Of a stretch of 64,000 bases of DNA, positions 1-8,632 are shown piece by piece. Both the position numbers and the translations under genes were made by a program. The notes under the pieces are model-generated. The model saw nothing but the letters and a program-made list of their open reading frames with translations, was not told the origin of the DNA and did not search any database. Numbering within the stretch: position 1 is the first letter of the stretch; each line of letters begins with the position of its first letter. Origin of the DNA: an uncultured delta proteobacterium (GTDB lineage Bacteria > Desulfobacterota > Syntrophia > Syntrophales > UBA2185); assembly GCA_963729715.1 (NCBI GenBank), contig CAVSPA010000006.1, positions 256,001 to 320,000 on the forward strand, written 5' to 3'.

Positions 1-149
1 GGATCAGCAGGGTCAACAAGCTCCGGTGCAAGGCCTGCGGCAACTGCGTATCCGTCTGCCCCAATGGAACGGTACAATTGCCGGAGCACGATTACCGGGC
101 TGTGGGAGCTATGATCAAACAGGCTTTCGGCGAAGAGGGCGCTTTATGA
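1..149 (+). CDS. 3' end of a 4Fe-4S protein, probably HdrA-like (partial)
   Basis: Frame 3 reads ISRVNKLRCKACGNCVSVCPNGTVQ...EEGAL*, with a CxxCxxCxxxCP motif. Stop overlaps the mvhD ATG (ATGA), the usual hdrA-mvhD arrangement. Confidence 0.6.
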   Translation, partial: ISRVNKLRCKACGNCVSVCPNGTVQLPEHDYRAVGAMIKQAFGEEGAL

Positions 150-553
150 AGATCCTGATTTTTGCATGCAAGTGGTGCGGCCTCATCGGTGCCGCCGGAG
201 CGGGGAAAAAGAGAATACAGCTTCCCTCGCAGTTCCGGGTGATTACGGTCGAATGCGCGGCGCTCGTCGAGCCCGATGCCGTTATCCGCGCGTTTGCATC
301 CGGAATGACGGGTGTGGCTGTGTTAGGCTGCCATCTGGGAGGGTGCCGGTTTAACCACGCGAACCACGCAGCCATCAAAAGGCTGGAGCTCCTGAGGATA
401 CTGCTGGACGCAACCGGGATCGATGGCAGGAGACTGTTGATCAGTTTCGGGACGGCCCATGAGGATTACCAGTACGTGGAGGTCGTCAAGACATTCTTTG
501 CAGAATTAGGGGAGATGCCTTCCACAGCCTCATGGACGGCGCCGCTTGTGTAG
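146..553 (+). CDS. mvhD: Hydrogenase iron-sulfur subunit, MvhD/FlpD family
   Basis: MKILIFACKWC...VECA...GCHLGGC cysteine pattern. Start set at ATG 146 from the ATGA overlap. Confidence 0.85.
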   Translation: MKILIFACKWCGLIGAAGAGKKRIQLPSQFRVITVECAALVEPDAVIRAFASGMTGVAVLGCHLGGCRFNHANHAAIKRLELLRILLDATGIDGRRLLISFGTAHEDYQYVEVVKTFFAELGEMPSTASWTAPLV

Positions 554-573
554 GAATGACATTACACCACTAT

Positions 574-631
574 CCCCCTTTATGAAAGGGGGACAAAGAG
601 GAACGAAGGCGGACCTGAAGGTCTGCACTCC
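574..631. repeat. Intergenic palindromes: CCCCCTTT-N3-AAAGGGGG and a REP-like GGCGGACCTGAAGGTCTGCACTCC
   Basis: Hairpin at 574-592. Second imperfect palindrome at 608-631 begins GGAG on the minus strand, like GTAG/GGAG-family REPs. Confidence 0.55.
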
Positions 632-642
632 ATAATAAAAGT

Positions 643-1494
643 ATGCTAAAAAAACTAAAAGACATAGTGAGGACCATTCTCTTGGAAAAGCAGGCAGACG
701 GAGTCCTCGGTCTGATAAAGGGCCAGTGGGATATCGTCCAACCTCACATCTTCGAAAATCCGGAAAAGGTGGATGCCATTGTCACAGAACCCAAATGGCT
801 GCTCGCAAAAATGGCGATGACCGTCTTGCGGTCTTCAAGGGAAGGCTACAGGCTGGCAGTCGTTGTGCGCGGCTGCGATGAAAGGGCCCTCACTGAACTT
901 GTGAAGAGAAACCAGATTGAAAAAGAGCATCTCCTCACGATCGGCATTGCCTGCTCTGGAGAGCAGGCGCGGGCGTGCATTTGCGACCGACCGTACCCGC
1001 AAAAGCTCGATTGCGGCGATGCTGTAGCCGGTGTCAATCCGTTCTCGGTTGAGAGCGTAAAGGAACTGCTTGCCGGCGACGGCCCGGCGAGAATGGAAAA
1101 GTGGGCGAACATACTTAAGAGATGCATCAAGTGTTACGGATGCCGGAATTCGTGCCCCATCTGTGTTTGTGTACCTTGCAAACTGGAGGACCAGGTCTGG
1201 GTCGACAAGGGCGTCATACCTGCGGAGATGCTCTCCTATCACCTGATCCGTGCGTTCCATCTGTCGGACACGTGTGTGGCCTGTGGGGCATGCCAGGAGG
1301 CCTGCCCGGCAAATATTCCACTTATGGCCCTGCAGCTATCCATGCGGGCGATGCTTCGTGAGACCTATGGATACGAGGCCGGACTCGACCCGGAAAGGAA
1401 ATCTCCGATCCTGTTCGATCTGTGTAAGGAGCCTGCAGCGGGGCAGGTGCTGCCGGACTGGGTAAACAGCTTGAGAAAAGACGATGAGTCCTGA
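643..1494 (+). CDS. 4Fe-4S dicluster protein, FlxC/FdhB-like
   Basis: RGCDER motif, CIKCYGCRNSCPICVC and CVACGACQEACP. Confidence 0.75.
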   Translation: MLKKLKDIVRTILLEKQADGVLGLIKGQWDIVQPHIFENPEKVDAIVTEPKWLLAKMAMTVLRSSREGYRLAVVVRGCDERALTELVKRNQIEKEHLLTIGIACSGEQARACICDRPYPQKLDCGDAVAGVNPFSVESVKELLAGDGPARMEKWANILKRCIKCYGCRNSCPICVCVPCKLEDQVWVDKGVIPAEMLSYHLIRAFHLSDTCVACGACQEACPANIPLMALQLSMRAMLRETYGYEAGLDPERKSPILFDLCKEPAAGQVLPDWVNSLRKDDES

Positions 1495-3535
1495 CTTTAT
1501 AAAAACTATCTGTCCCTATTGCGGAGTCGGCTGCGGTCTGATCCTGAAGGTCGAGGACGGCAAAGTCGTCGGCACGTACCCGGACAGGGAACACCCTGTC
1601 AGCCGTGGCACCCTCTGCATCAAGGGCTGGTCTGCGCATCAATTCGTTCATCACCCGGAGCGCTTGAAAACGCCTCTCGTAAGAAATGGAGACACGTTTG
1701 AGGAAATCTCCTGGAATGATGCGATAGCCCTCGCGGTGGAGAAACTGAAGGCCGCAGCCGATAAATACGGAGGAGATGCTGTCGGCGGGCTGTCTTCCGC
1801 GAAGTGCACCAATGAGGAGAATTACCTTTTTGAGAAGATGATCCGCATGGCCTTCAAGACGAATAACGTGGACCACTGCGCGCGCCTGTGCCATGCCCCC
1901 ACGGCCGTGGGTATGGGCCAGACGACGGGGAGCGGCGCCATGACAAACTCCATCTCCGATCTCGCGGGGGCGGAGTGTATCCTGATCATCGGCTCCAACG
2001 CGGCGGAGAGCCATCCCATCATCATGGGAGAAATATACAAAGCTGTAGACCGCGGGGCGACGGTGATCGTTGTAGACCCCCGGAAGACGGCAGTTGCGGA
2101 AAACGCGCGGATCCATCTGAGGATAAATCCGGGAACAGATATTCCCCTTCTCGCCGGCATGATGAGGCACATTATCGATGCGGGCCTTCATAACGAGAAA
2201 TTCATCGAGGACCGGATGGAGGGTTTCGATGAATTAAAAAAATTCCTCCAGTCCTGGCCGGTGGAACGGGCCGCGAAAGAATGCGGCATCGATGAAAAAG
2301 AGATTATAGAAGTCGCGGAGATGTATGCAAAGGCGAAGGATGCCGCGGCTATTTACTGCATGGGAATCACGCAGCACGCGTGCGGCACGGCAAACGTCCA
2401 CGCCGTCTGCGACCTTGCGATGCTCTGCGGCCAGATCGGCAAGGCATTTTCTGGCGTCTATCCGCTCCGCGGGCAGAACAATGTCCAGGGCGCGTGTGAC
2501 ATGGGAGCCCTGCCGAATGTATATCCGGGATATCAGAGCGTCAGCGTTCCGGCCGTCAAAGAAAAATTTGAGAAGGCCTGGGGAAGGGAGCTTTCCGCGA
2601 AACCCGGACTGACCGTAACGGAGATGATCGGCTCTGCCGGGAAAGAGATCCGTGCGCTTTACATCATGGCGGAAAACCCCGCTCTCAGCGATCCCGACGT
2701 GAACCACGTACTGGAATCTCTCACGAAGTTGGACTTCCTGATCGTCCAGGATATTTTTCTTACGGAGACGGCGAAATTCGCTGATCTGGTTTTGCCGGCA
2801 GTCTGCTTTGCCGAAAAGACGGGGACCTACACGAACACGGAAAGAAGATTTCAACTGTTGAGAAAATCGGTTAAACCTCCCGGCGAGGCAAAGGGAGACT
2901 TCGAGATAATCTGTCTTCTTGCCAATGCCCTGGGACTCAACTTTTCTTACAAGCATCCGGGTGAGGTTATGGAAGAAATCGCGGAGCTTGTTCCAGAATA
3001 CGGTGGCATTCGTTTTGACAGGCTGGAGAAGGCGGGCCTGCAGTGGCCGTGTCCGGACCTGAAACATGAAGGAACAAGATTTCTTCACGAAGCCCGATTC
3101 ACACGGGGCAAGGGACTCTTCATCGTACCCGCATACACACCGCCCTTTGAAAAGCCGGACGAAGAATATCCGTACTGGCTAAGTACAGGAAGGATGTTTG
3201 CTCACTATCACACGGGCACGATGACGCGCCGGTCCGCGTTTCTCAGCAGGGAGATGGAAGGACCTTATGCGGAGATGCACCCGGAAGACGCAATGAAAGC
3301 GGGGATCGGAGAGGGCGACAGGATTAGGATAACCAGCAGGCGGGGCAGTATCGTCACTGCGGCTAGAATTACGAAGAAGGTTGCAAGAGGTTCTGTTTTT
3401 GCACCATTCCACTTTACAGAAGCGCGTGCCAATATCCTGACTAACCCCGTTCTCGATCCGGTCTCCAAGATACCGGAGTTCAAGGCATGTGCCGCGAAGA
3501 TAGAAAAGGAACCTAATGAAAAACAGAAAGGATAA
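1484..3535 (+). CDS. fdhF: Formate dehydrogenase alpha subunit (Mo/W-bisPGD, Cys-type)
   Basis: CPYCGVGC...LCIKG cluster motif, HCARLCHAPT active site, PLRGQNNVQGACDMG. No signal peptide. Confidence 0.93.
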   Translation: MSPDFIKTICPYCGVGCGLILKVEDGKVVGTYPDREHPVSRGTLCIKGWSAHQFVHHPERLKTPLVRNGDTFEEISWNDAIALAVEKLKAAADKYGGDAVGGLSSAKCTNEENYLFEKMIRMAFKTNNVDHCARLCHAPTAVGMGQTTGSGAMTNSISDLAGAECILIIGSNAAESHPIIMGEIYKAVDRGATVIVVDPRKTAVAENARIHLRINPGTDIPLLAGMMRHIIDAGLHNEKFIEDRMEGFDELKKFLQSWPVERAAKECGIDEKEIIEVAEMYAKAKDAAAIYCMGITQHACGTANVHAVCDLAMLCGQIGKAFSGVYPLRGQNNVQGACDMGALPNVYPGYQSVSVPAVKEKFEKAWGRELSAKPGLTVTEMIGSAGKEIRALYIMAENPALSDPDVNHVLESLTKLDFLIVQDIFLTETAKFADLVLPAVCFAEKTGTYTNTERRFQLLRKSVKPPGEAKGDFEIICLLANALGLNFSYKHPGEVMEEIAELVPEYGGIRFDRLEKAGLQWPCPDLKHEGTRFLHEARFTRGKGLFIVPAYTPPFEKPDEEYPYWLSTGRMFAHYHTGTMTRRSAFLSREMEGPYAEMHPEDAMKAGIGEGDRIRITSRRGSIVTAARITKKVARGSVFAPFHFTEARANILTNPVLDPVSKIPEFKACAAKIEKEPNEKQKG

Positions 3536-3977
3536 GATCACCGAGGCGAAGCGCTTATCCGGCGCCGATTCCTGCGTAGAGTGCGGGCGCTGCGTTGCCG
3601 CCTGTCCCATGGGGGAAATGTATGCGAACTTCTCCATTGAGATGTCGCCGCGGGGCATCATAAAAAAGACGCTCGTGGGTGAACCCGTAGTTGAGGACAA
3701 GAACATCTGGTATTGCACGGAATGCAACGCCGGTACGGATACATGCCCGCAGAAAGTTAGCTGCAGGGATCTGATCAGAAAACTCAGGGAGGCGGCAGTA
3801 GATGAGAACCTCCTCGAAAATGCGAAGACCTGCAAATGCTGCGGCAGGGCCTTTGTGGCCATTCCCGTGGAGGACTTCGTTTTCGCCAGGTTAAAGGATG
3901 AACCCCCGAATGTGTTCGGGGTGCTCGATATTTGTCCGCCATGCCGGCGGGAGATTTATCTTCTGAGAAATGCGTAA
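3516..3977 (+). CDS. HdrC-like 4Fe-4S protein with a C-terminal Cys-rich extension
   Basis: CVECGRCVAACP...SPRGII...IWYCTECNAGTDTCP, plus CKCCG...CPPCRR. Confidence 0.7.
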   Translation: MKNRKDKITEAKRLSGADSCVECGRCVAACPMGEMYANFSIEMSPRGIIKKTLVGEPVVEDKNIWYCTECNAGTDTCPQKVSCRDLIRKLREAAVDENLLENAKTCKCCGRAFVAIPVEDFVFARLKDEPPNVFGVLDICPPCRREIYLLRNA

Positions 3978-5303
3978 ATGACGAAACAAGAAACTACAGA
4001 GAAGCAAGTAACGGAGCAGGATTTTTCCCTCAACCTTGAGGACCTGCGTCCCCGCCCCGCGGAGAAGAAGCATCTTTCCGAGTACTTCATGCCGCGGCGC
4101 TATTCGTTTATAATTTTTCATCCCGACAGGTGCACGGGCTGCGGCACCTGCGAGATGATCTGCTCCACGCGTAACATAGAAAAAGTCGCTCCCGTATCTG
4201 CGAGCGTAAAGGTTGTGAGAGATGAAAAGGAGGGCAAGAACTTCTCTATACTCTGCCAGCATTGCCGCAAGCCTCTTTGCCTTCCCGCCTGTCCCACAAG
4301 GGCCATTGAAAAAGGCGAGGATGGCATAGTGCGCATAGACAAACTCTTCTGCACCGAATGCGGACTCTGTACCATGGCCTGTCCCGCGGCGGCTCCTATC
4401 AAAGACCCGGGCAGTCAGGAAATACACAAATGCGACCTCTGCGAAGGCGACCCTCTCTGCGTTGAGCACTGTCCCGAGAATGCGCTCACTTTTACGCGGG
4501 GAAAGACTGTCCGCTGGATAAAGGGGCTGCGCTGGACTTCTCAGCTTATGTCTTTTCTCCTCCTGGTCATGGTCTTTGTCGGTACGTTCTGCTACTTCAG
4601 GACGGGAAGCGTCAGTTTCGCCTGTCCCACGGGGACTCTGCAGAATATCGCATCGTCGGGGACTATTGTGCTTGTCGGCGTTTCATCGGCCCTGGCACTT
4701 CTCATTCTCACCGTTCTTGCGGGAAGGCTCTTCTGCGGATGGGCCTGTCCGTTTGGCCTTGTCCTCGATGTGGTCGATAAGATAACTCCCAAGAAAATTG
4801 GCTGGCCGTCGTTTCTCAAGAGCCGGATGACAAAGTACGGAGTATTGGCAGGCGCCGTCGGGGGAAGCTACGCCTTCGGTTTCCAGGTTTTCTGCACAGT
4901 CTGTCCCATCGGTACGCTCTGTCGTTCATACGGCGTGCAGTCTTTCTTCAGGAGCGTCGAACTCGCTATCGTCCCCGTCCTGGCAAGCCTTGAGATCGGT
5001 GAGAGAAGATCATGGTGCAGATATTTTTGCCCTGTGGGAGCGGTACTGGGGATTACGGCGCTGCTGCGTATGATAAAAATAGTGATCGGTGCAAAGAGGT
5101 GCAAGAAATTCTCCTGCATTCAGTGTGCGGAAGTCTGTCCCGTGGGTATTATCGACGCGGACAAATTGCGGGAAGGGTTATCGCCGAAAATTCCCATGAC
5201 GGAATGTATCATGTGCATGAGGTGCATCGATCGCTGCCCCTATGATGCGGCGAAGATCCGCTTTCGCTGGCAGAAGGCGACACCGGGAGAAGGCCGGATA
5301 TGA
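3978..5303 (+). CDS. Fusion of a 4x[4Fe-4S] ferredoxin (DmsB/HydN-like) and a NapH/MauN-type membrane polyferredoxin
   Basis: N-half has four Cys clusters (CTGCGTCEMIC, CQHC..CLPACP, CTECGLCTMACP, KCDLC..CVEHCP). C-half has hydrophobic helices, GRLFCGWACP, RSWCRYFCP and two terminal clusters. Confidence 0.8.
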   Translation: MTKQETTEKQVTEQDFSLNLEDLRPRPAEKKHLSEYFMPRRYSFIIFHPDRCTGCGTCEMICSTRNIEKVAPVSASVKVVRDEKEGKNFSILCQHCRKPLCLPACPTRAIEKGEDGIVRIDKLFCTECGLCTMACPAAAPIKDPGSQEIHKCDLCEGDPLCVEHCPENALTFTRGKTVRWIKGLRWTSQLMSFLLLVMVFVGTFCYFRTGSVSFACPTGTLQNIASSGTIVLVGVSSALALLILTVLAGRLFCGWACPFGLVLDVVDKITPKKIGWPSFLKSRMTKYGVLAGAVGGSYAFGFQVFCTVCPIGTLCRSYGVQSFFRSVELAIVPVLASLEIGERRSWCRYFCPVGAVLGITALLRMIKIVIGAKRCKKFSCIQCAEVCPVGIIDADKLREGLSPKIPMTECIMCMRCIDRCPYDAAKIRFRWQKATPGEGRI

Positions 5304-6595
5304 ATCCCCTCCAGCCGTTTTATAATATGAAGATAGGCGTTGTCGATCTCTCCGCCTCAAAGGCTGATGTCGTTCCTCTCGAGGAGGAGCAGGTGGGCAG
5401 GCATCTTGGCGGGGTCGCCATGAACAACGCCATCCTTGCTGGATTTCAGGATGATGCACTGGTCTTCGGTACCGGCCCTTTGACGGGAAGTTTCGCCCCC
5501 GCCTCGCCTCTCATGATCGCAACGTTTGCGTCTCCCATTTTCAACAGTACCTGCCACGTCCCCTTAATGTTCCGCACCGGACCGGACATGAAATTTTCCG
5601 GCGCTGATTATCTCGTGGTGAAAGGCACTGCGCCGGAACCATCCGTCCTCCATGTAAATCACGGAGTGGTCCGGATACTCCCCGCGGGGAATCTTCTGAA
5701 TCTACCTGTTCCCGAAGCGATCAGGGAATTGAAGAAAACATCGCCTGCCTTTCAGTCTTTAATTATAACAGGACCTGCGGCTGACCGCGGTATTTCCTAT
5801 GCGTCCCTCTCGATCGGTACAAATGGCAGCCTTGACAAAGCGCGTCTCGCAACGCTCATGGCCGCGAAGAACCTCAAGGGGATAATGTTGGGCGGCGGCG
5901 GAGGTCTTCCCTTCAACAGGGACAATCCTCTTCAGGGGAAGGAACTTGAAAAATTAATCTCGACGGATAAAAACTTCAAACGCAGGGGATTCTCATCCGT
6001 CCTGAAAAATGTGGAAGGCGGAAAAGACGCGGGAAGATTTCTTAAGGCGGATAGGAAAAAGGACATGGCCTGCTATCATTGCCCTTCGCCCTGCATGACC
6101 CATGTGAGATATGCAGGGCATGATCCGGGGAACAAGGAAATGCAAGAGTCAGAGGAGGGCTTGCTGCTTCTAGATCATACGGGGTGCATAGCTCTCGCCA
6201 AAAAGGTGTGTAAGAATATCCTGCCGATGCTGCGGGCCTGCCTGCACAATGGCCTTGATCCAACCGCCGTCGCAGAAATGCTCCCTCAGGGCCAGACGCT
6301 GCCGGATTACCTCAATGCCATGGACAAGATCATGTCTGACAACTCTCCTCGTACGCGAGACATTTCCCCAAAGCAATATCTTTTTGGAGGAGGCGTCCTT
6401 CCCATCCTGACGGGCGATTTATTTGAAAAGAGGGTTGGCCTCGCGATGATCATGGGTGTCTGTCCCATATTTCTCCTGCGGTTTCCGCAGATCACCGATG
6501 CCGCTCTCCTCTCCTTCATCTCTACAAGGGAAGAAGACTTAAAAACTTTGCAAGAGCATCTTTCCTCCGCAATAGCATCTCTCTTATCTGCATAA
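5300..6595 (+). CDS. Aldehyde:ferredoxin oxidoreductase-like protein, shortened and degenerate
   Basis: VDLS...LGGVA...VFGTGPLTG, KNLKGI, CYHCPSPC, GLD and GVCP motifs. Only 431 aa. Confidence 0.7.
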   Translation: MNPLQPFYNMKIGVVDLSASKADVVPLEEEQVGRHLGGVAMNNAILAGFQDDALVFGTGPLTGSFAPASPLMIATFASPIFNSTCHVPLMFRTGPDMKFSGADYLVVKGTAPEPSVLHVNHGVVRILPAGNLLNLPVPEAIRELKKTSPAFQSLIITGPAADRGISYASLSIGTNGSLDKARLATLMAAKNLKGIMLGGGGGLPFNRDNPLQGKELEKLISTDKNFKRRGFSSVLKNVEGGKDAGRFLKADRKKDMACYHCPSPCMTHVRYAGHDPGNKEMQESEEGLLLLDHTGCIALAKKVCKNILPMLRACLHNGLDPTAVAEMLPQGQTLPDYLNAMDKIMSDNSPRTRDISPKQYLFGGGVLPILTGDLFEKRVGLAMIMGVCPIFLLRFPQITDAALLSFISTREEDLKTLQEHLSSAIASLLSA

Positions 6596-6673
6596 TTTTC
6601 TAAACGGATGCAAACCTGCCCGCAAATCACGCTTCACCGCAGGTTCAATGACATGCATTCAACCCTGAAGCGG

Positions 6674-7768
6674 TTAACTTGCTGTTAAGGTCATGCGATA
6701 AACACTTAACGTCTTCTCCATCATGGTATCGATGCCGAACGCCGAATGGGCGGCTGCATAAGCTTTCTCTTTTACGGCCCCGTTGTGATTGTCCAATACA
6801 CTGAGGATTGTCTCAGAGAGACTTCTGGCATCTTCGGAACGGAATAAAAAGCCGGTTTCACCCTCCGATATGCTTTCCACATTGCCACCCTTGTTGCTTG
6901 CCACAACGAGCGTCTTCATTGCAAAGGCCTGGTAGATGACCTGGGACTGCGGTTCCAAGGGAGAGGAATTTACGATCAGATCGCTTGCCGCGATCACTTT
7001 TTCAACGTCTTTCCGAAAACCGGTCAGAATTACCTTATCCGGGTGACGAAGGGCTGCAAATTCTTCTTTGATCTCCTCGAAAAATTCCGGTTTCGTTGCA
7101 GAACCCACAATAAGAAAACGAACGTCCGGCCGGACGTCGGCAACGGAATCGACAGCGCGGATCAAATACTTCTGTCCTTTATCCGGACGGATCATGGCGA
7201 TTTCGCTGATCACCTTGGTGCTCTCCGGTATGTCGAGTTCCCTGCGAACACAGCTTCCGTCTATATCCGGCCTGAACCTGTTCAGGTCTATTCCCGTCGG
7301 TATCACGGAAATCTTATCCCGGTCTGCGACGCCGAAGCGGACGAGTTTATCGGCTATGCCCACGGAGACCACAATGACGCGATCGACCCCACAGCGCCAT
7401 AAATATTTATGAATGAGGTCCATCTTAAAGCTGTGCACATGCAGCGTGCGTAAAATGGGTATCCCGAGCATCATAACCCCGATAGCCGTGCTTATGGCAG
7501 TGGAGCTATGGCAGTCGAGGAGATGGATTTTTTCGCGCTTGATAAAACTCAGCAACTCAGAAACGGCACGCGGATTTACCGAACCTCTGAACGGGATAGG
7601 ATGTATAGGGAGACCGCGTTGAGTCGCTTCCTCATAGATTGCGGAATTCTCACGGGCGAGAAGCCACGCCGAATGGCCTTTACTCAGCAACCACTGGATC
7701 TGATCCAGGATGCGAAGCTCCTGACCCCCCATATTGTTAGAAGTTTCCAAGTGTGCAATCCGCAGCAT
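6674..7768 (-). CDS. Glycosyltransferase family 4 (GT-B)
   Basis: MGGQELRI, IPTGIDL, KGQKYLIRA, TGFRKDV and ETGFLF motifs. Confidence 0.9.
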   Translation of the reverse strand: MLRIAHLETSNNMGGQELRILDQIQWLLSKGHSAWLLARENSAIYEEATQRGLPIHPIPFRGSVNPRAVSELLSFIKREKIHLLDCHSSTAISTAIGVMMLGIPILRTLHVHSFKMDLIHKYLWRCGVDRVIVVSVGIADKLVRFGVADRDKISVIPTGIDLNRFRPDIDGSCVRRELDIPESTKVISEIAMIRPDKGQKYLIRAVDSVADVRPDVRFLIVGSATKPEFFEEIKEEFAALRHPDKVILTGFRKDVEKVIAASDLIVNSSPLEPQSQVIYQAFAMKTLVVASNKGGNVESISEGETGFLFRSEDARSLSETILSVLDNHNGAVKEKAYAAAHSAFGIDTMMEKTLSVYRMTLTAS

Positions 7769-7781
7769 ACAAACCTCTTTC

Positions 7782-8591
7782 TTATTGCATATTCGAGCTT
7801 AGGTTAGTCCACGATCCTGACCGCACCCCTCTGCCGGATCGTTTCCCTTTCTCCTTGTTGTCTGAGCCTTTTTCCTGCTCGCGTTTCTCCTCGGTTACGG
7901 CCACTTTATTGATTTTAAAAGTGCAAACATATTCATTTTTGAGATCGCCGATTTGCAGGGCGAGTATCACCTGAAAGGTTTTACCCAGGAAGGGTTCAGC
8001 CTTCGCTCTCAATTCTTCTGCGGTTCCCTTGATCTGAGCGGGCAGGAACGGCGCCCTCTTCCAGTAACCTTGTTCTTTGTTTGAACTTCCGCCGTAGCCC
8101 TCTTCCCGCTTGAAATAATCTGCCGGATGCACGAAATCGTCAAGAGCGCCTCTTGGAGCAACAGCCGTGGGAGGATGTGAATTGTTTCTATCTTCATAGC
8201 CGGCGCCGGAATGTATCAATCTGTGGCTCGCACCCTTTTCATCGATGAATCTCGCTTCATTCCACACGATTCTCAGTGGCCCATTCGTTTCATTATTGAG
8301 CTTAAAAATAATGTCATAAGCCGACGGAAGCCATTGAATTCTCACCTTCTCATCCTCAAAAGAAAATTTTGAAATTCCCTGCTCGACCGCTGCTTCAATT
8401 CTTAGCTCTCCCATCTTTTTGTCCCCGGTGGATTTTTCCACGGAGATCAGAGAAATATCGTAAGTTGCATTGGCGACTGTGTACATCTTCGGGGATGAAT
8501 CGGCCGAAGGTTTCGTTCGATACGAAGGCCCACAGCTTATTAAGGTCAAAAGAGTTAAAAGGGGAAGTAGATAATATAGATTTTTTCTCAT
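7782..8591 (-). CDS. Hypothetical lipoprotein
   Basis: MRKNLYYLLPLLTLLTLISC lipobox-type signal. Alternative GTG start at 8633 overlaps the upstream stop. Confidence 0.7.
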   Translation of the reverse strand: MRKNLYYLLPLLTLLTLISCGPSYRTKPSADSSPKMYTVANATYDISLISVEKSTGDKKMGELRIEAAVEQGISKFSFEDEKVRIQWLPSAYDIIFKLNNETNGPLRIVWNEARFIDEKGASHRLIHSGAGYEDRNNSHPPTAVAPRGALDDFVHPADYFKREEGYGGSSNKEQGYWKRAPFLPAQIKGTAEELRAKAEPFLGKTFQVILALQIGDLKNEYVCTFKINKVAVTEEKREQEKGSDNKEKGKRSGRGVRSGSWTNLSSNMQ

Positions 8592-8632
8592 AATGCCATG
8601 TCGATTTAGTACGAATTTTTTTTTGTCAATCA

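Noticed and set aside
1880..1900. Selenocysteine in FdhA or MvhD
   Set aside because: The active-site codon is TGC (Cys) and neither gene has an in-frame TGA.
1322..4469. Long antisense ORFs (289, 284, 227 and 192 aa) opposite the fdh operon, and similar shadows elsewhere (13540-14271, 23318-24001, 52714-53403)
   Set aside because: They overlap well-supported genes on the other strand and show no family motifs. Expected from codon bias.
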